From contig VGLJ01000002.1 of the NCBI GenBank assembly GCA_016866775.1, positions 28,174-92,173 of the forward strand: a stretch of 64,000 nt of DNA, given 5' to 3'. The notes beneath the pieces are model-generated. The model did no database searches and was not told the origin of the DNA. It saw only the letters and a program-made list of their open reading frames with translations. The translations under genes and the position numbers were made by a program. Of the stretch, positions 1 through 8,609 are shown in pieces. Each line of letters starts with the position of its first letter. Within the stretch, counting starts at the first letter, position 1. Source of the DNA: Candidatus Rokuibacteriota bacterium. GTDB lineage: Bacteria; Methylomirabilota; Methylomirabilia; Rokubacteriales; CSP1-6.

Positions 1-14
1 TTCGCCTTGAGGGC

Positions 15-302
15 TTGCTGGTCCTTCGTCAGGTCGAAGTCCATGAGAAGGAGTGTACGCGAACGCGCGACTTTGTCGCCGAGCGGCGAGCGCACTATCC
101 TAGACGCGTGAACGAACGGCCGGTTCGCGTGCGGCGGATGACGAAGGATGGGGACGAGGCACCGGTGCCCCGGACGGCATCGGAGCGCTTGGCGATGATG
201 TGGCAGCTCACCCTCGACACCTGGGCTTTCAAAGGAGAAGCGCTCGCTGCTGAATCCGGACTTCCGCGACATGTTGTCCGCGTTGTCCGCCACGCGCGCT
301 GA
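15..302 (+). CDS. hypothetical protein; frame is open to window start so it may be 5'-partial; overlaps the start of the next gene
   Basis: ORF track; natural-looking C-terminal half (SERLAMMWQLTLDTWAF); no recognisable family. Confidence 0.25.
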   Translation: MLVLRQVEVHEKECTRTRDFVAERRAHYPRRVNERPVRVRRMTKDGDEAPVPRTASERLAMMWQLTLDTWAFKGEALAAESGLPRHVVRVVRHAR

Positions 303-717
303 CTTCCTGATCGTCGGCGCGTACGCGGTGGCGGTTCACGGCATCGCCCGTGCGACCGCCGACCTCGATATCTGGGTTCGCCCGTCGGACGAGAACGCCG
401 CGCGAGTCGAACGGGCCCTGACGTCCTTCGGCGCTCCCGCTTCGGCGGTCGGTCGCAACGATCTCCGTACTCCCGGCAACGTCATCCAGATCGGCGTGGC
501 GCCGCGTCGGATCGATGTCCTTACGTCAATCGACGGCGTTGACTTCGACGACGCCTGGCAGCATCGGACTGAGGTCGACATCGAAGGCCTGCGCGTGCCC
601 GTGATCGGACGCCGTCATCTCATCCTGAACAAGAGGGCCGTAGGACGGCCTCAAGATCTCGCCGACATCGTGCGGCTCGAGGCGGAAGTCCCTGACAAGG
701 AGCCTCGCGAAGACTAA
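271..717 (+). CDS. nucleotidyltransferase-fold protein (Pol-beta superfamily, MNT-like)
   Basis: Motif FLIVGAYAVAVHGIARATADLDIWVRP and C-terminal KRAVGRPQDLADI; paralogous to the ORF at 58457..59137 (FLVGGAYAF...TKDFDVFVRP). Confidence 0.55.
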   Translation: MLSALSATRADFLIVGAYAVAVHGIARATADLDIWVRPSDENAARVERALTSFGAPASAVGRNDLRTPGNVIQIGVAPRRIDVLTSIDGVDFDDAWQHRTEVDIEGLRVPVIGRRHLILNKRAVGRPQDLADIVRLEAEVPDKEPRED

Positions 718-805
718 AGGCCTTTGACTACGGTCGCCGCCGCGTACACGCAGGCGCACAAACGCCGAGGCTGCCGCGCCGAGATTTCCCCGCGCGAGGA
801 TTCTG

Positions 806-1330
806 TTGCCCTTGGCGCCAACCACGTGGTTCGACTGGATCACGGTGATCGCGATCGTCCTTGGGCCCATCCTTGCGCTTTTGGCTCGGCGAGCGCTGGA
901 CTGGATTCGCGAGAAGAGACAACGCCGAGTTAGCCTCTGCTTGAGACTCATGGGGACGCGTGCGGCGTATCTGTCCCCCGAACACGTTCAAGCGCTGAAT
1001 TCGATTGACGTTGTTTTCAGTCGGCGAGGAGATCGTCAAGTACGCGACGCTTGGCAGAAGTTTCTTGCCCATGTAGCACCGCCGACCACCAACCTCGGAT
1101 GGAATAGAACCTATGACGACTTGAAGCTCGACCTCCTTCAGACGATGGGGTCGCGGGTCGGCTACCGATTCAGTACTGATGACCTGCGTCGCCAGATTTA
1201 CGCTCCCGCGGGATATGCGCAAGTCGAGCAAGAGAACGTTCAGCTTCGGCAGGCGCTCCTGACGATTCTGACCGAGCAAGTAGTCCACGATCCTGCTGTT
1301 GGGGGGAGGCACGAAGGAGCACGCCGTGAG
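806..1330 (+). CDS. hypothetical membrane-anchored protein in a lower-GC segment; no in-frame stop before the REP element (frame runs antisense through lpdA to 2002)
   Basis: N-terminal TM helix WFDWITVIAIVLGPILALLA; local GC clearly below flanks; frame +1 has TAG at ~1281, so an indel may have removed the natural stop. Confidence 0.3.
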
Positions 1331-1378
1331 GCGTGCGACGACGGTCGGAAGGGGGGCGAAGCCCCCCTCCGAGTGTTA
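1331..1378. repeat. REP-like GC-rich palindromic element, copy A (gcgtgcgacgacggtcGGAAGGGGGGcgaagCCCCCCTCCgagtgtta)
   Basis: Near-identical copies at 15921..15966 (inverted) and 54366..54414, half-copy at 63184..63203; its 3' end overlaps the lpdA stop codon. Confidence 0.65.
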
Positions 1379-2758
1379 CAGGTGGATCGCTTGACCGAGC
1401 GCGCCCAGCGTCGCCTCGAGCGCGGCCTCGGACAGCGTCGGGTGGGCGTGGATCGTATGGATGATCTCCTCGAGCGTCGCCTCGAGTGTGCGGCCGACCG
1501 CGAACTCGTGGATCATCTCCGTCGCCTCGGGCCCGAGAATGTGGACGCCGAGGATCTCGCCCGTCGACTTGTCGGCCACCACCTTCACGAAGCCGTCCGT
1601 GTCGCCGAGCGCCACCGCCTTGCCGCTCGCGGTGAACGGGAACTTGCCGACCGTGACCGTGCGGCCGTTCTCCTTCGCCTTGGCCTCGGTGAGGCCGATC
1701 GACGCGATCTGCGGGCGGCAGTACGTGCAGGACGGGACGTTCGTGTAGTCGACGGGGCGCGGGCTCTTGCCCGCGATCGCCTCCGCCGCCACGACGCCTT
1801 CGGCCATGGCCTTGTGCGCGAGCAGCGGCGCGCCCGCCATGTCGCCGATCGCGTAGACGCCCTTCACCGACGTCTCCATCATCGGGGAGACCTTCACGAA
1901 GTTCTTCTCCGTCTGGATGCCGAGGTTGTCGAGGCCGACGTCCTTCACCTTCGCGGCGCGGCCGACGGCCATCAGCACCTGCTCGGCGTCGAGCGTCCCT
2001 GAATCCGTCGTCACGCGGACGCCCTTGTCGCTCGCCGTAACCGACTGCACCTTCACGCCGGTCTTCGCCTCGATCTTCCGGCGCGCGAAGATGCGCGAGA
2101 GCTGCGTGGACACTTCCTCGTCCTCGATCGGGACGATCCGCGGCAACGCCTCCAGCAGCGTGACCGTCGTGCCGTACGCGCTGTAGACGTCCGCGAACTC
2201 CACGCCGACCGCGCCCGCGCCGATGATCACGAGCGACGCGGGACGGCCTTCGTTGCGCACGGCGCCGTTCGAGGAGATCACGCGCTTCTCGTCGATCGTC
2301 ACCCCGGGGATCGAGCGGGGCTCGGAGCCGGTCGCGAGGATCACCGCGCGGCCTTCGAGCGTCGTGGTGCCGGCGGCGCCGGTCACCTCGACGGCGGTCG
2401 CGCTCCGCAGCACGCCGCGGCCGGGCACGAGCGTGATCTTGTTCTTGCGGAACAGGAACTCGACGCCCTTCGCCATCCGGTCGGCGACCCGCCGGCTCCT
2501 GCGCACGGCCTCGGCGTAGTCGGCCTGGAAGCCGCTCACCTTGATGCCGAACTCCTCGGCGCGCGCGAAGAGGTGGACGACCTCGGCGTTGCGCAGCAGC
2601 GCCTTGGTGGGGATGCAGCCCCAGTTGAGGCACACGCCGCCCGGGCGATCGTCCTCGACCGCGGCCACGGAGAGACCGAGCTGCGCGCACCGGATCGCGG
2701 ACACGTAACCGCCCGGGCCCGTGCCGACGACGACGACGTCGAACTTCTGGGTCGCCAT
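1376..2758 (-). CDS. lpdA: dihydrolipoyl dehydrogenase (E3)
   Basis: N-terminal FAD motif VVVVGTGPGGYVSAI, redox-active CLNWGCIPTK, C-terminal HAHPTLSE. Confidence 0.95.
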   Translation of the reverse strand: MATQKFDVVVVGTGPGGYVSAIRCAQLGLSVAAVEDDRPGGVCLNWGCIPTKALLRNAEVVHLFARAEEFGIKVSGFQADYAEAVRRSRRVADRMAKGVEFLFRKNKITLVPGRGVLRSATAVEVTGAAGTTTLEGRAVILATGSEPRSIPGVTIDEKRVISSNGAVRNEGRPASLVIIGAGAVGVEFADVYSAYGTTVTLLEALPRIVPIEDEEVSTQLSRIFARRKIEAKTGVKVQSVTASDKGVRVTTDSGTLDAEQVLMAVGRAAKVKDVGLDNLGIQTEKNFVKVSPMMETSVKGVYAIGDMAGAPLLAHKAMAEGVVAAEAIAGKSPRPVDYTNVPSCTYCRPQIASIGLTEAKAKENGRTVTVGKFPFTASGKAVALGDTDGFVKVVADKSTGEILGVHILGPEATEMIHEFAVGRTLEATLEEIIHTIHAHPTLSEAALEATLGALGQAIHL

Positions 2759-2761
2759 CGC

Positions 2762-4177
2762 CTAGACCAGGAGCCGCAGCGACTCTTCGAGGAGACGCTT
2801 GACGTCCTGCAGGAAGCGCGCGCCCATCGCGCCGTCCATCACGCGGTGGTCGCACGAGAGCGTCATCATCATGCGGCGTCCGACGCCGAGCCCGGTGTCG
2901 TCGACGACCGGCACCTGCCGCACCGTGCCCACCGCGAGGATCGCGCCCTCCGGCGGGTTGATGATCGCGGAGAACTCGGTCACGTCGTACATGCCGAGGT
3001 TCGAGATCGAGAACGTCGCGCCCGACATCTCCTGCGCGCGCAGCTTGCGGTTGCGCGCGCGCTCGGCGAGATCCCGCGACTCGACCGCGATCTGGCTCAG
3101 GCTCTTCGCGTGGCAGTCGCGGAGCACGGGCGTGATCAATCCCTCCTCGAGCGCGACCGCGATTCCGATGTGCGCGCGGTGATACACGCGGATCGCCTCG
3201 CCCTGGAACGACGCGTTCACGCCGGGATGCTGCAGCAGCGCGAGCGCGCAGGCGCGAACGACGAAGTCGTTCACGGAGATCTTCGGCTGCCCTTCGAGGC
3301 CGTTCAGCTCCTCACGGAGCTCCCACGCGCGATCCATGGCGACTTCGCTCGAGACGTAGAAGTGCGGCACCGGCGCTTTCGACAGCGGCATCCGCTTGGC
3401 GATGATGGCGCGCATCTGCGACAGGGGCCGATCCTCGAACTCCGGACCGGCGGGGACGGCGACGGCTTGTGCCGTCGCGCCGCTCGCGGCCGGCGCCATG
3501 ACGGCGGCTTCGACGTCCTTGCGGACGATGCGTCCGCCGGGTCCACTGCCATGCACGAGCCGAAGATCAACGCCCGACTGCGCGGCAACTTTGCGCGCGA
3601 GCGGCGAGGCTTTGACACGGCCGGTGCTCGCGGCAGCGGGCGTCCTCGCCGCTGCCGCGCCTGCCCCCGATCGCGCAGCGGGTTCGGCGCGCTCGACGGT
3701 GACGTGATCTTCGCCGCGCGGCTGGGGAGGCACGGCCGCAGGCCGCGACGATGTTGCGCCGCTCGTCGCCCCTCCGCGTGATGGAGCCGAGGCTGGGGCG
3801 GCGGCGGCTCCGGGGGATGTCCGGCCGACATCCGCAGGCCCTGCGAGGACCGGAGGCCGGGCATCCCCCGGAGCCGCCGCCGCCCCAGCCGCCGCACCGC
3901 CACCAGCGGAGGCGACGACCGACGCGATGTCTTCGTTCGCCTCGGCAATGACGGCGATGAGCGTGCCGACGGGCGCCCGATCGCCCTCGGCCACGAGAAT
4001 CTTGCGCAGCACGCCCGCGCCGAAGGCCTCCATCTCGACGTCGGCCTTGTCGGTCTCGACCTCGGCGAGGATGTCGCCGCCGTTGACGCGGTCGCCTTCC
4101 TTCTTGATCCACTTGATGACCTTGCCGGTCTCCATCGCTTCGGACAGCTTCGGCATGACGACCTTGGTGATGGCCAT
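2762..4177 (-). CDS. dihydrolipoamide acyltransferase (E2) of the pyruvate/2-oxoacid dehydrogenase complex
   Basis: Lipoyl domain (ETDKADVEMEA), Ala/Pro linker, E3-binding domain, catalytic DHRVMDGA motif. Confidence 0.9.
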   Translation of the reverse strand: MAITKVVMPKLSEAMETGKVIKWIKKEGDRVNGGDILAEVETDKADVEMEAFGAGVLRKILVAEGDRAPVGTLIAVIAEANEDIASVVASAGGGAAAGAAAAPGDARPPVLAGPADVGRTSPGAAAAPASAPSRGGATSGATSSRPAAVPPQPRGEDHVTVERAEPAARSGAGAAAARTPAAASTGRVKASPLARKVAAQSGVDLRLVHGSGPGGRIVRKDVEAAVMAPAASGATAQAVAVPAGPEFEDRPLSQMRAIIAKRMPLSKAPVPHFYVSSEVAMDRAWELREELNGLEGQPKISVNDFVVRACALALLQHPGVNASFQGEAIRVYHRAHIGIAVALEEGLITPVLRDCHAKSLSQIAVESRDLAERARNRKLRAQEMSGATFSISNLGMYDVTEFSAIINPPEGAILAVGTVRQVPVVDDTGLGVGRRMMMTLSCDHRVMDGAMGARFLQDVKRLLEESLRLLV

Positions 4178-4180
4178 GGC

Positions 4181-5170
4181 TCAGCTCCCGTTGGCGTAGC
4201 AGACGCGGCGCACGGCGTCGACGACCCGGTCCTTATTTGGCGTCTTGAGGCGCTCGAGGTTGCGCGCGTACGGCATCGGCGCGTTGGCGCCCGTCACGCG
4301 CTCGACGGGCGCGTCGAGGTCGTCGAACGCGCGCTCGGTGATGAACGACGCGATCTCGGAGCCCATGCCGGCGAAGCCCGCGCCCGCTTCGACGACCACC
4401 GCGCGATGGGTCTTGCGCACCGACCCGACGATCGTCTTCTCGTCCATGGGCCGGAGCGTGCGCGGGTCGACGATCTCGACCGAGATCCCGTCTTTCTCGA
4501 GGATCTCCGCCGCCTCCATCGCGCGGTACATCATCCCCATGTACGCGATGACCGTGACGTCGGTGCCTTCGCGGCGGACGATGGCCTCGCCGAGCGGGAC
4601 CGTGAACTCCGGGTCTTCCGGCACCTCGCCCTTGATCGCGTAGAGCGTCTCCGACTCGATGAAGATGACCGGGTTGTCGTCGCGGATGGCGGACTTCAGC
4701 AAGCCCTTCGCGTCCATCGGCGTGGACGGCCGCACGACCTTGAGCCCGGGCACGTGATAGAAGTAGCTCTCCATCGACTGCGAGTGCTGCGCGGCCAGCT
4801 GATGCGCCGGGCCGCCCGGACCGCGCACGACGATCGGGATCGGATACTGCCCGCCGGACATGTAGTTCATCTTCGCCGCGGTGTTCACGATCTGGTCGAG
4901 CGCCAGCAGCGCGAAGTTGAACGTCATCATCTCCACGACCGGCCGCAGGCCGACCATGGCGGCGCCGATACCGACGCCCGTGAAGCCCGACTCCGCGATG
5001 GGGGTGTCGACGATGCGTTGCGGGCCGAACTCCTTGAGCAGGCCCTGCGTCACCTTGTACGCGCCCTCGTAGAGGCCGACCTCTTCGCCGATCACGAACA
5101 CGCGCGGGTCGCGATGCATCTCCTCGCGCAGGGCCAGGTTGAGCGCTTCGCGATAGGTCATCACCGCCAT
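4181..5170 (-). CDS. pdhB: pyruvate/2-oxoacid dehydrogenase E1 beta subunit (true start MAVMTYREAL, not the 514-aa ORF start)
   Basis: Transketolase-like E1-beta sequence (IVDTPIAESGFTGVGIGAAMVGLRP...); ATG at 5168-5170. Confidence 0.9.
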   Translation of the reverse strand: MAVMTYREALNLALREEMHRDPRVFVIGEEVGLYEGAYKVTQGLLKEFGPQRIVDTPIAESGFTGVGIGAAMVGLRPVVEMMTFNFALLALDQIVNTAAKMNYMSGGQYPIPIVVRGPGGPAHQLAAQHSQSMESYFYHVPGLKVVRPSTPMDAKGLLKSAIRDDNPVIFIESETLYAIKGEVPEDPEFTVPLGEAIVRREGTDVTVIAYMGMMYRAMEAAEILEKDGISVEIVDPRTLRPMDEKTIVGSVRKTHRAVVVEAGAGFAGMGSEIASFITERAFDDLDAPVERVTGANAPMPYARNLERLKTPNKDRVVDAVRRVCYANGS

Positions 5171-5175
5171 CGTCG

Positions 5176-6177
5176 TCAGTCCTTGTAGATGTCGGTGAAG
5201 AGCTCTTCGCTGGCCGGCTCCGGCGAGGCGTCGGCGAAGGCGACGGCCTCGTCGATGATGTCGTTGACGTCCTTCTCGATTCCCTGGACGTCCTCCCCGG
5301 TGAGCAGGCCCGCGCCGACGGCGCGGTCGCGGAAGAGCACGATCGGGTCGCGCAGCTTCTCGCGCTCCACCTCTTCCTTCGTCCGGTAGACGGCGCCGGC
5401 CGGATCGCGCATCGAGTGGCCGCGGAAGCGGTACGTGCGCGCCTCGAGCAGCGCCGGTGTCTTGTCCTTGCGCGCGCGCTCGACGGCCTTCCGCGTGCTC
5501 TCGCGAATGGCGAGCACGTCCATCCCGTCCACGGGCTCGGACGGGATCCCGTACGTCTCGCCGAACTTGTAGATCTCGGTCTGCGCGAGCGCGCGCTCGA
5601 GCGAGGTGCCCATCGCGTAGCGGTTGTTCTCGCAGACGTAGACGACGGGAAGCTTCCACAGCGCGGAGAGGTTCAGCGCCTCGTGGAACTCGCCCTCGGG
5701 CACGGCGCCGTCGCCGAAATAACACACGCAGACCTGGTCGCCGCCCTGGTACTTGATCGCGAAGCCGACGCCCGCGGCGAGGGGCAGGTGCGCGCCGACG
5801 ATCGCGTGCCCGCCGAGGAAGTTCACGCTCTTGTCGAACAGGTGCATCGAGCCGCCCTTGCCCTTCGAGAGCCCGTCGCTGCGCCCGAACAGCTCGGCCA
5901 TGGCGCGCTTGGGGTCGGAGCCCTTCGCCAGGCAGTGGCCGTGCTCGCGATACGTCGAGATCGCGTAGTCGTCCTGACGGAGGACGGACGTGACCCCGAC
6001 CGCCACCGCCTCCTCGCCGATCGAGAGGTGGAGGAAGCCGCCGATCTTGCCGAGCGCGTAGTTCTCCGCCGCCTTCTCCTCGAACCGGCGGATGAGCATC
6101 ATCTCGTGCAGCAGCTGCTTGGCCGTCGCGCCATCGACGCCGAGCCCCTGCGCCGCTTTTCCTGTCTTCTGGGCCAT
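5176..6177 (-). CDS. pdhA: pyruvate/2-oxoacid dehydrogenase E1 alpha subunit (TPP-binding); true start MAQKTGKAA
   Basis: YREHGHCLAKG...GDGAVPEGEFHEALN...VCENNRYAMGT motifs; its AGGAG RBS overlaps the nuoK stop codon. Confidence 0.9.
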   Translation of the reverse strand: MAQKTGKAAQGLGVDGATAKQLLHEMMLIRRFEEKAAENYALGKIGGFLHLSIGEEAVAVGVTSVLRQDDYAISTYREHGHCLAKGSDPKRAMAELFGRSDGLSKGKGGSMHLFDKSVNFLGGHAIVGAHLPLAAGVGFAIKYQGGDQVCVCYFGDGAVPEGEFHEALNLSALWKLPVVYVCENNRYAMGTSLERALAQTEIYKFGETYGIPSEPVDGMDVLAIRESTRKAVERARKDKTPALLEARTYRFRGHSMRDPAGAVYRTKEEVEREKLRDPIVLFRDRAVGAGLLTGEDVQGIEKDVNDIIDEAVAFADASPEPASEELFTDIYKD

Positions 6178-6188
6178 GGATTGAACTC

Positions 6189-6491
6189 CTACCAGCGCAT
6201 CAGGCTGAGATCGTCCACGGAGAGTCGGCTGCGCTGCCGGAAGATCGCGACGATGATCGCCAGGCCGACCGCGACCTCCGCCGCCGCCACCGCCATCACG
6301 AAGAAGACGAGCGCCTGTCCCTCCGCACTTCCGTAGCGCCGGCCGAACGCGACCAGCGCGAGGTTCGCCGCGTTGAGCATCAGCTCGATCGACATGAAGA
6401 TCACGAGCGGGTTGCGTCGGATGACGACGCCGATGACGCCGAGCGAGAACAGCACCGCGGACAGCGCCGTGTACCACACCTCGGGGATCAC
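6189..6491 (-). CDS. nuoK: NADH-quinone oxidoreductase subunit K (cluster 1), GTG start
   Basis: 100-aa, three TM helices, [14 protein letters not shown] signature. Confidence 0.9.
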   Translation of the reverse strand: MIPEVWYTALSAVLFSLGVIGVVIRRNPLVIFMSIELMLNAANLALVAFGRRYGSAEGQALVFFVMAVAAAEVAVGLAIIVAIFRQRSRLSVDDLSLMRW

Positions 6492-6979
6492 GACGGTCTC
6501 CGCCGCGCCAGGACGAGCACGCCGACCATCGCGGCCAGCAGCAGGACCGACGTGAGCTCGAACGGGAACAGGTAGTCGGTGAAGAGCAGCGTGCCGAGCG
6601 ATTCCGCGCTCCCGCCCGCCGGCGGCGGGGGGACGCGCGCGTCGCGCGGCCGCACGATCATGGCGAGCTGGACGAACAGCAGCGCGCCGACGGGCAGCGC
6701 GAGCAGGCGCACCGCGCGGCGCGGGTCGGGGCCCGTTTCCTCCTTGCCCGGGATCAGCACCATGATCGCGAACACGAAGAGCACCATGATCGCGCCCGCG
6801 TAGACGATGACCTGCGCGGCCGCGAGGAACTCGGCGCCCAGGCTCAGATAGAGCACGGCGACGCATGCGAGGTTGATCACGAGGAAGAGCGCGCCGTGGA
6901 TCGGGTTGCGCTTGAGGATCAGCCCGAGCGCGGACGCCACTGCGAGCACCGCGACGACGAAGAACGTGACCGTCGCCAT
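6488..6979 (-). CDS. nuoJ: NADH-quinone oxidoreductase subunit J (cluster 1)
   Basis: Start [14 protein letters not shown]; hydrophobic NuoJ-like sequence. Confidence 0.85.
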   Translation of the reverse strand: MATVTFFVVAVLAVASALGLILKRNPIHGALFLVINLACVAVLYLSLGAEFLAAAQVIVYAGAIMVLFVFAIMVLIPGKEETGPDPRRAVRLLALPVGALLFVQLAMIVRPRDARVPPPPAGGSAESLGTLLFTDYLFPFELTSVLLLAAMVGVLVLARRRPS

Positions 6980-7518
6980 CAGGGATGCCGCCGCGGCGGG
7001 ATCGGGATCGGCGAGCGCGGGCGCCCGTCGGTGCCCGCGGGCTCGAGCGAGAGCAGCCTCTCCTTCGTATAGATCATCGACTGCCGGTCGTACGCCGAGA
7101 ACTCGAGGATGCCGGTGTCCATGCGGATCGCGTCTTCGGGACACGCCTCGACGCAGTACCCGCAGAACACGCACTTGCCGAGGTCGATGTCGAAGCGCTG
7201 CGGCATCTTCTCGATCTCGGGATTGGGATGCTCTTCGGCGACGATGTAGATGCAGCGCGCCGGGCACACGGTCTCGCACATCATGCAGGCCACGCAGCGC
7301 GGCGAGCCGTCCTCGCGGCGCACGAGCCGGTGCAGCGTGCGCAGGCGCGGCGACAGCGGCCGGCGCTCCTCCGGATACTGGATGGTGACCGCGCCCCGCG
7401 CGTCCTTCTTGCCGAGGCTCCGCGCGATGTGCTTGCCCATGTTGCGGAAGAAGTGGCCGGCGGTGAGACCGAGGCCGCTCAGCACCTCGCGGAGATAGAA
7501 CCGCTGGCCGAGGTTCAT
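6979..7518 (-). CDS. nuoI: NADH-quinone oxidoreductase subunit I (2x[4Fe-4S] ferredoxin)
   Basis: [12 protein letters not shown] and [12 protein letters not shown] motifs; start [11 protein letters not shown]. Confidence 0.9.
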   Translation of the reverse strand: MNLGQRFYLREVLSGLGLTAGHFFRNMGKHIARSLGKKDARGAVTIQYPEERRPLSPRLRTLHRLVRREDGSPRCVACMMCETVCPARCIYIVAEEHPNPEIEKMPQRFDIDLGKCVFCGYCVEACPEDAIRMDTGILEFSAYDRQSMIYTKERLLSLEPAGTDGRPRSPIPIPPRRHP

Positions 7519-8609
7519 CGGGCTCCCCACGCGAGCACGAGCGCGCCCGTGAGCACGATGTTGAGGATCGACAGCGGGAAGAGGCCGAGCCAGCCGAGCT
7601 TCATCGCCTGATCGTAGCGGAAGCGCGGCAGCGTCCACCGGATCAGCATGAGGATGAAGATCATGACCGCGACCTTGGTGACGAACGCGCTTACCTGGAG
7701 CACCGTGACGGCGAGCGGCGAGAGCAGGAGCTCCGCACCCCACGGGAAGTGGAAGCCCTCGGCGTAGAGGTAGGGCACCTGCCAGCCGCCGAGGAAGAGC
7801 GCGGTGCAGAGCCCGGCGAGCACCGTCGTCTCCACCATGTCGGTCATCAGGAACATCCCGAACTTCATCCCGCTGTACTCGACGTTGTAGCCGATGATCT
7901 CGGACTCGCCCTCCGGGAAGTCGAAGGGGATGCGCTTGGTGGCGGCGATGCCCGCGGTCAGGAACAGGATGAACGCGAGGGGCTGGGTGATGATGCCCCA
8001 CTTCGGCAGCCAGCCCCAGAGGAGCTGGCCCTGCGCGCGCGCGATGTCCATCATGTTCAGCGAGCCGTAGATCATGATCACGCCCATGACGGAGGCGCCG
8101 ATCGCGATCTCGGCCGAGATCATCAGCGCGGCCGCGCGCTGGCCGCCGAGCAGCGCGAAGTTGTTGCCGGACGACCAGCCGGCCATCATCACGCCGTAGA
8201 CGCCGAGCGACAGCATCGCGAAGACGTAGAGGATCCCGACGTTGAGCGTGACGGCCTGCAGCGGGATCACGCGGTCGCCGATCGTGAGCGTGTCGCCGAA
8301 CGGGATCGACGCGAACGCCACCAGCGCGAAGACGACGGAGACGAACGGGGCCAGGCTGAAGAGGACCTTGTCGGCCCGCGCCGGGCGGAAGTCTTCCTTC
8401 GTCAGCATCTTCAGCGTGTCCGCGAGCGGGTGGAACAGGCCGAGCGCGCGAATGCCGAAGATCGACGCGCGGTTGGCGCCGATGCGGTCCTGCATGATCG
8501 CCGACTGCTTGCGCTCGACCCAGCCGAGGATCGCCGCCGTGTTCAGCACGAACAGCATGACGAACGCCACCCGCCCGAACGCGATGCCGAGATCCGCGAC
8601 GAGGCTCAT
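7515..8609 (-). CDS. nuoH: NADH-quinone oxidoreductase subunit H
   Basis: Full-length NuoH/ND1 signature (ERKQSAIMQDRIGANRASIFG..., EGESEIIGYNVEYSG). Confidence 0.95.
   Translation of the reverse strand: MSLVADLGIAFGRVAFVMLFVLNTAAILGWVERKQSAIMQDRIGANRASIFGIRALGLFHPLADTLKMLTKEDFRPARADKVLFSLAPFVSVVFALVAFASIPFGDTLTIGDRVIPLQAVTLNVGILYVFAMLSLGVYGVMMAGWSSGNNFALLGGQRAAALMISAEIAIGASVMGVIMIYGSLNMMDIARAQGQLLWGWLPKWGIITQPLAFILFLTAGIAATKRIPFDFPEGESEIIGYNVEYSGMKFGMFLMTDMVETTVLAGLCTALFLGGWQVPYLYAEGFHFPWGAELLLSPLAVTVLQVSAFVTKVAVMIFILMLIRWTLPRFRYDQAMKLGWLGLFPLSILNIVLTGALVLAWGAR

Noticed and set aside
15-302. HEPN-like toxin partner for the MNT-like nucleotidyltransferase at 271..717
   Set aside because: No R-x(4-6)-H HEPN motif at appropriate spacing; the ORF may simply be a 5'-partial unrelated gene.
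806-2002. Long ORFs antisense to real genes (e.g. 1170..2855, 2573..3781, 8630..10579, 32425..33291, 37676..40246, 45486..47609, 49717..50736 and many others in the track), including the 3' 670 nt of 806..2002
   Set aside because: Arg/Ala/Gly/Asp-rich low-complexity translations typical of shadow ORFs in ~70% GC DNA; each lies opposite a gene with clear family signatures.
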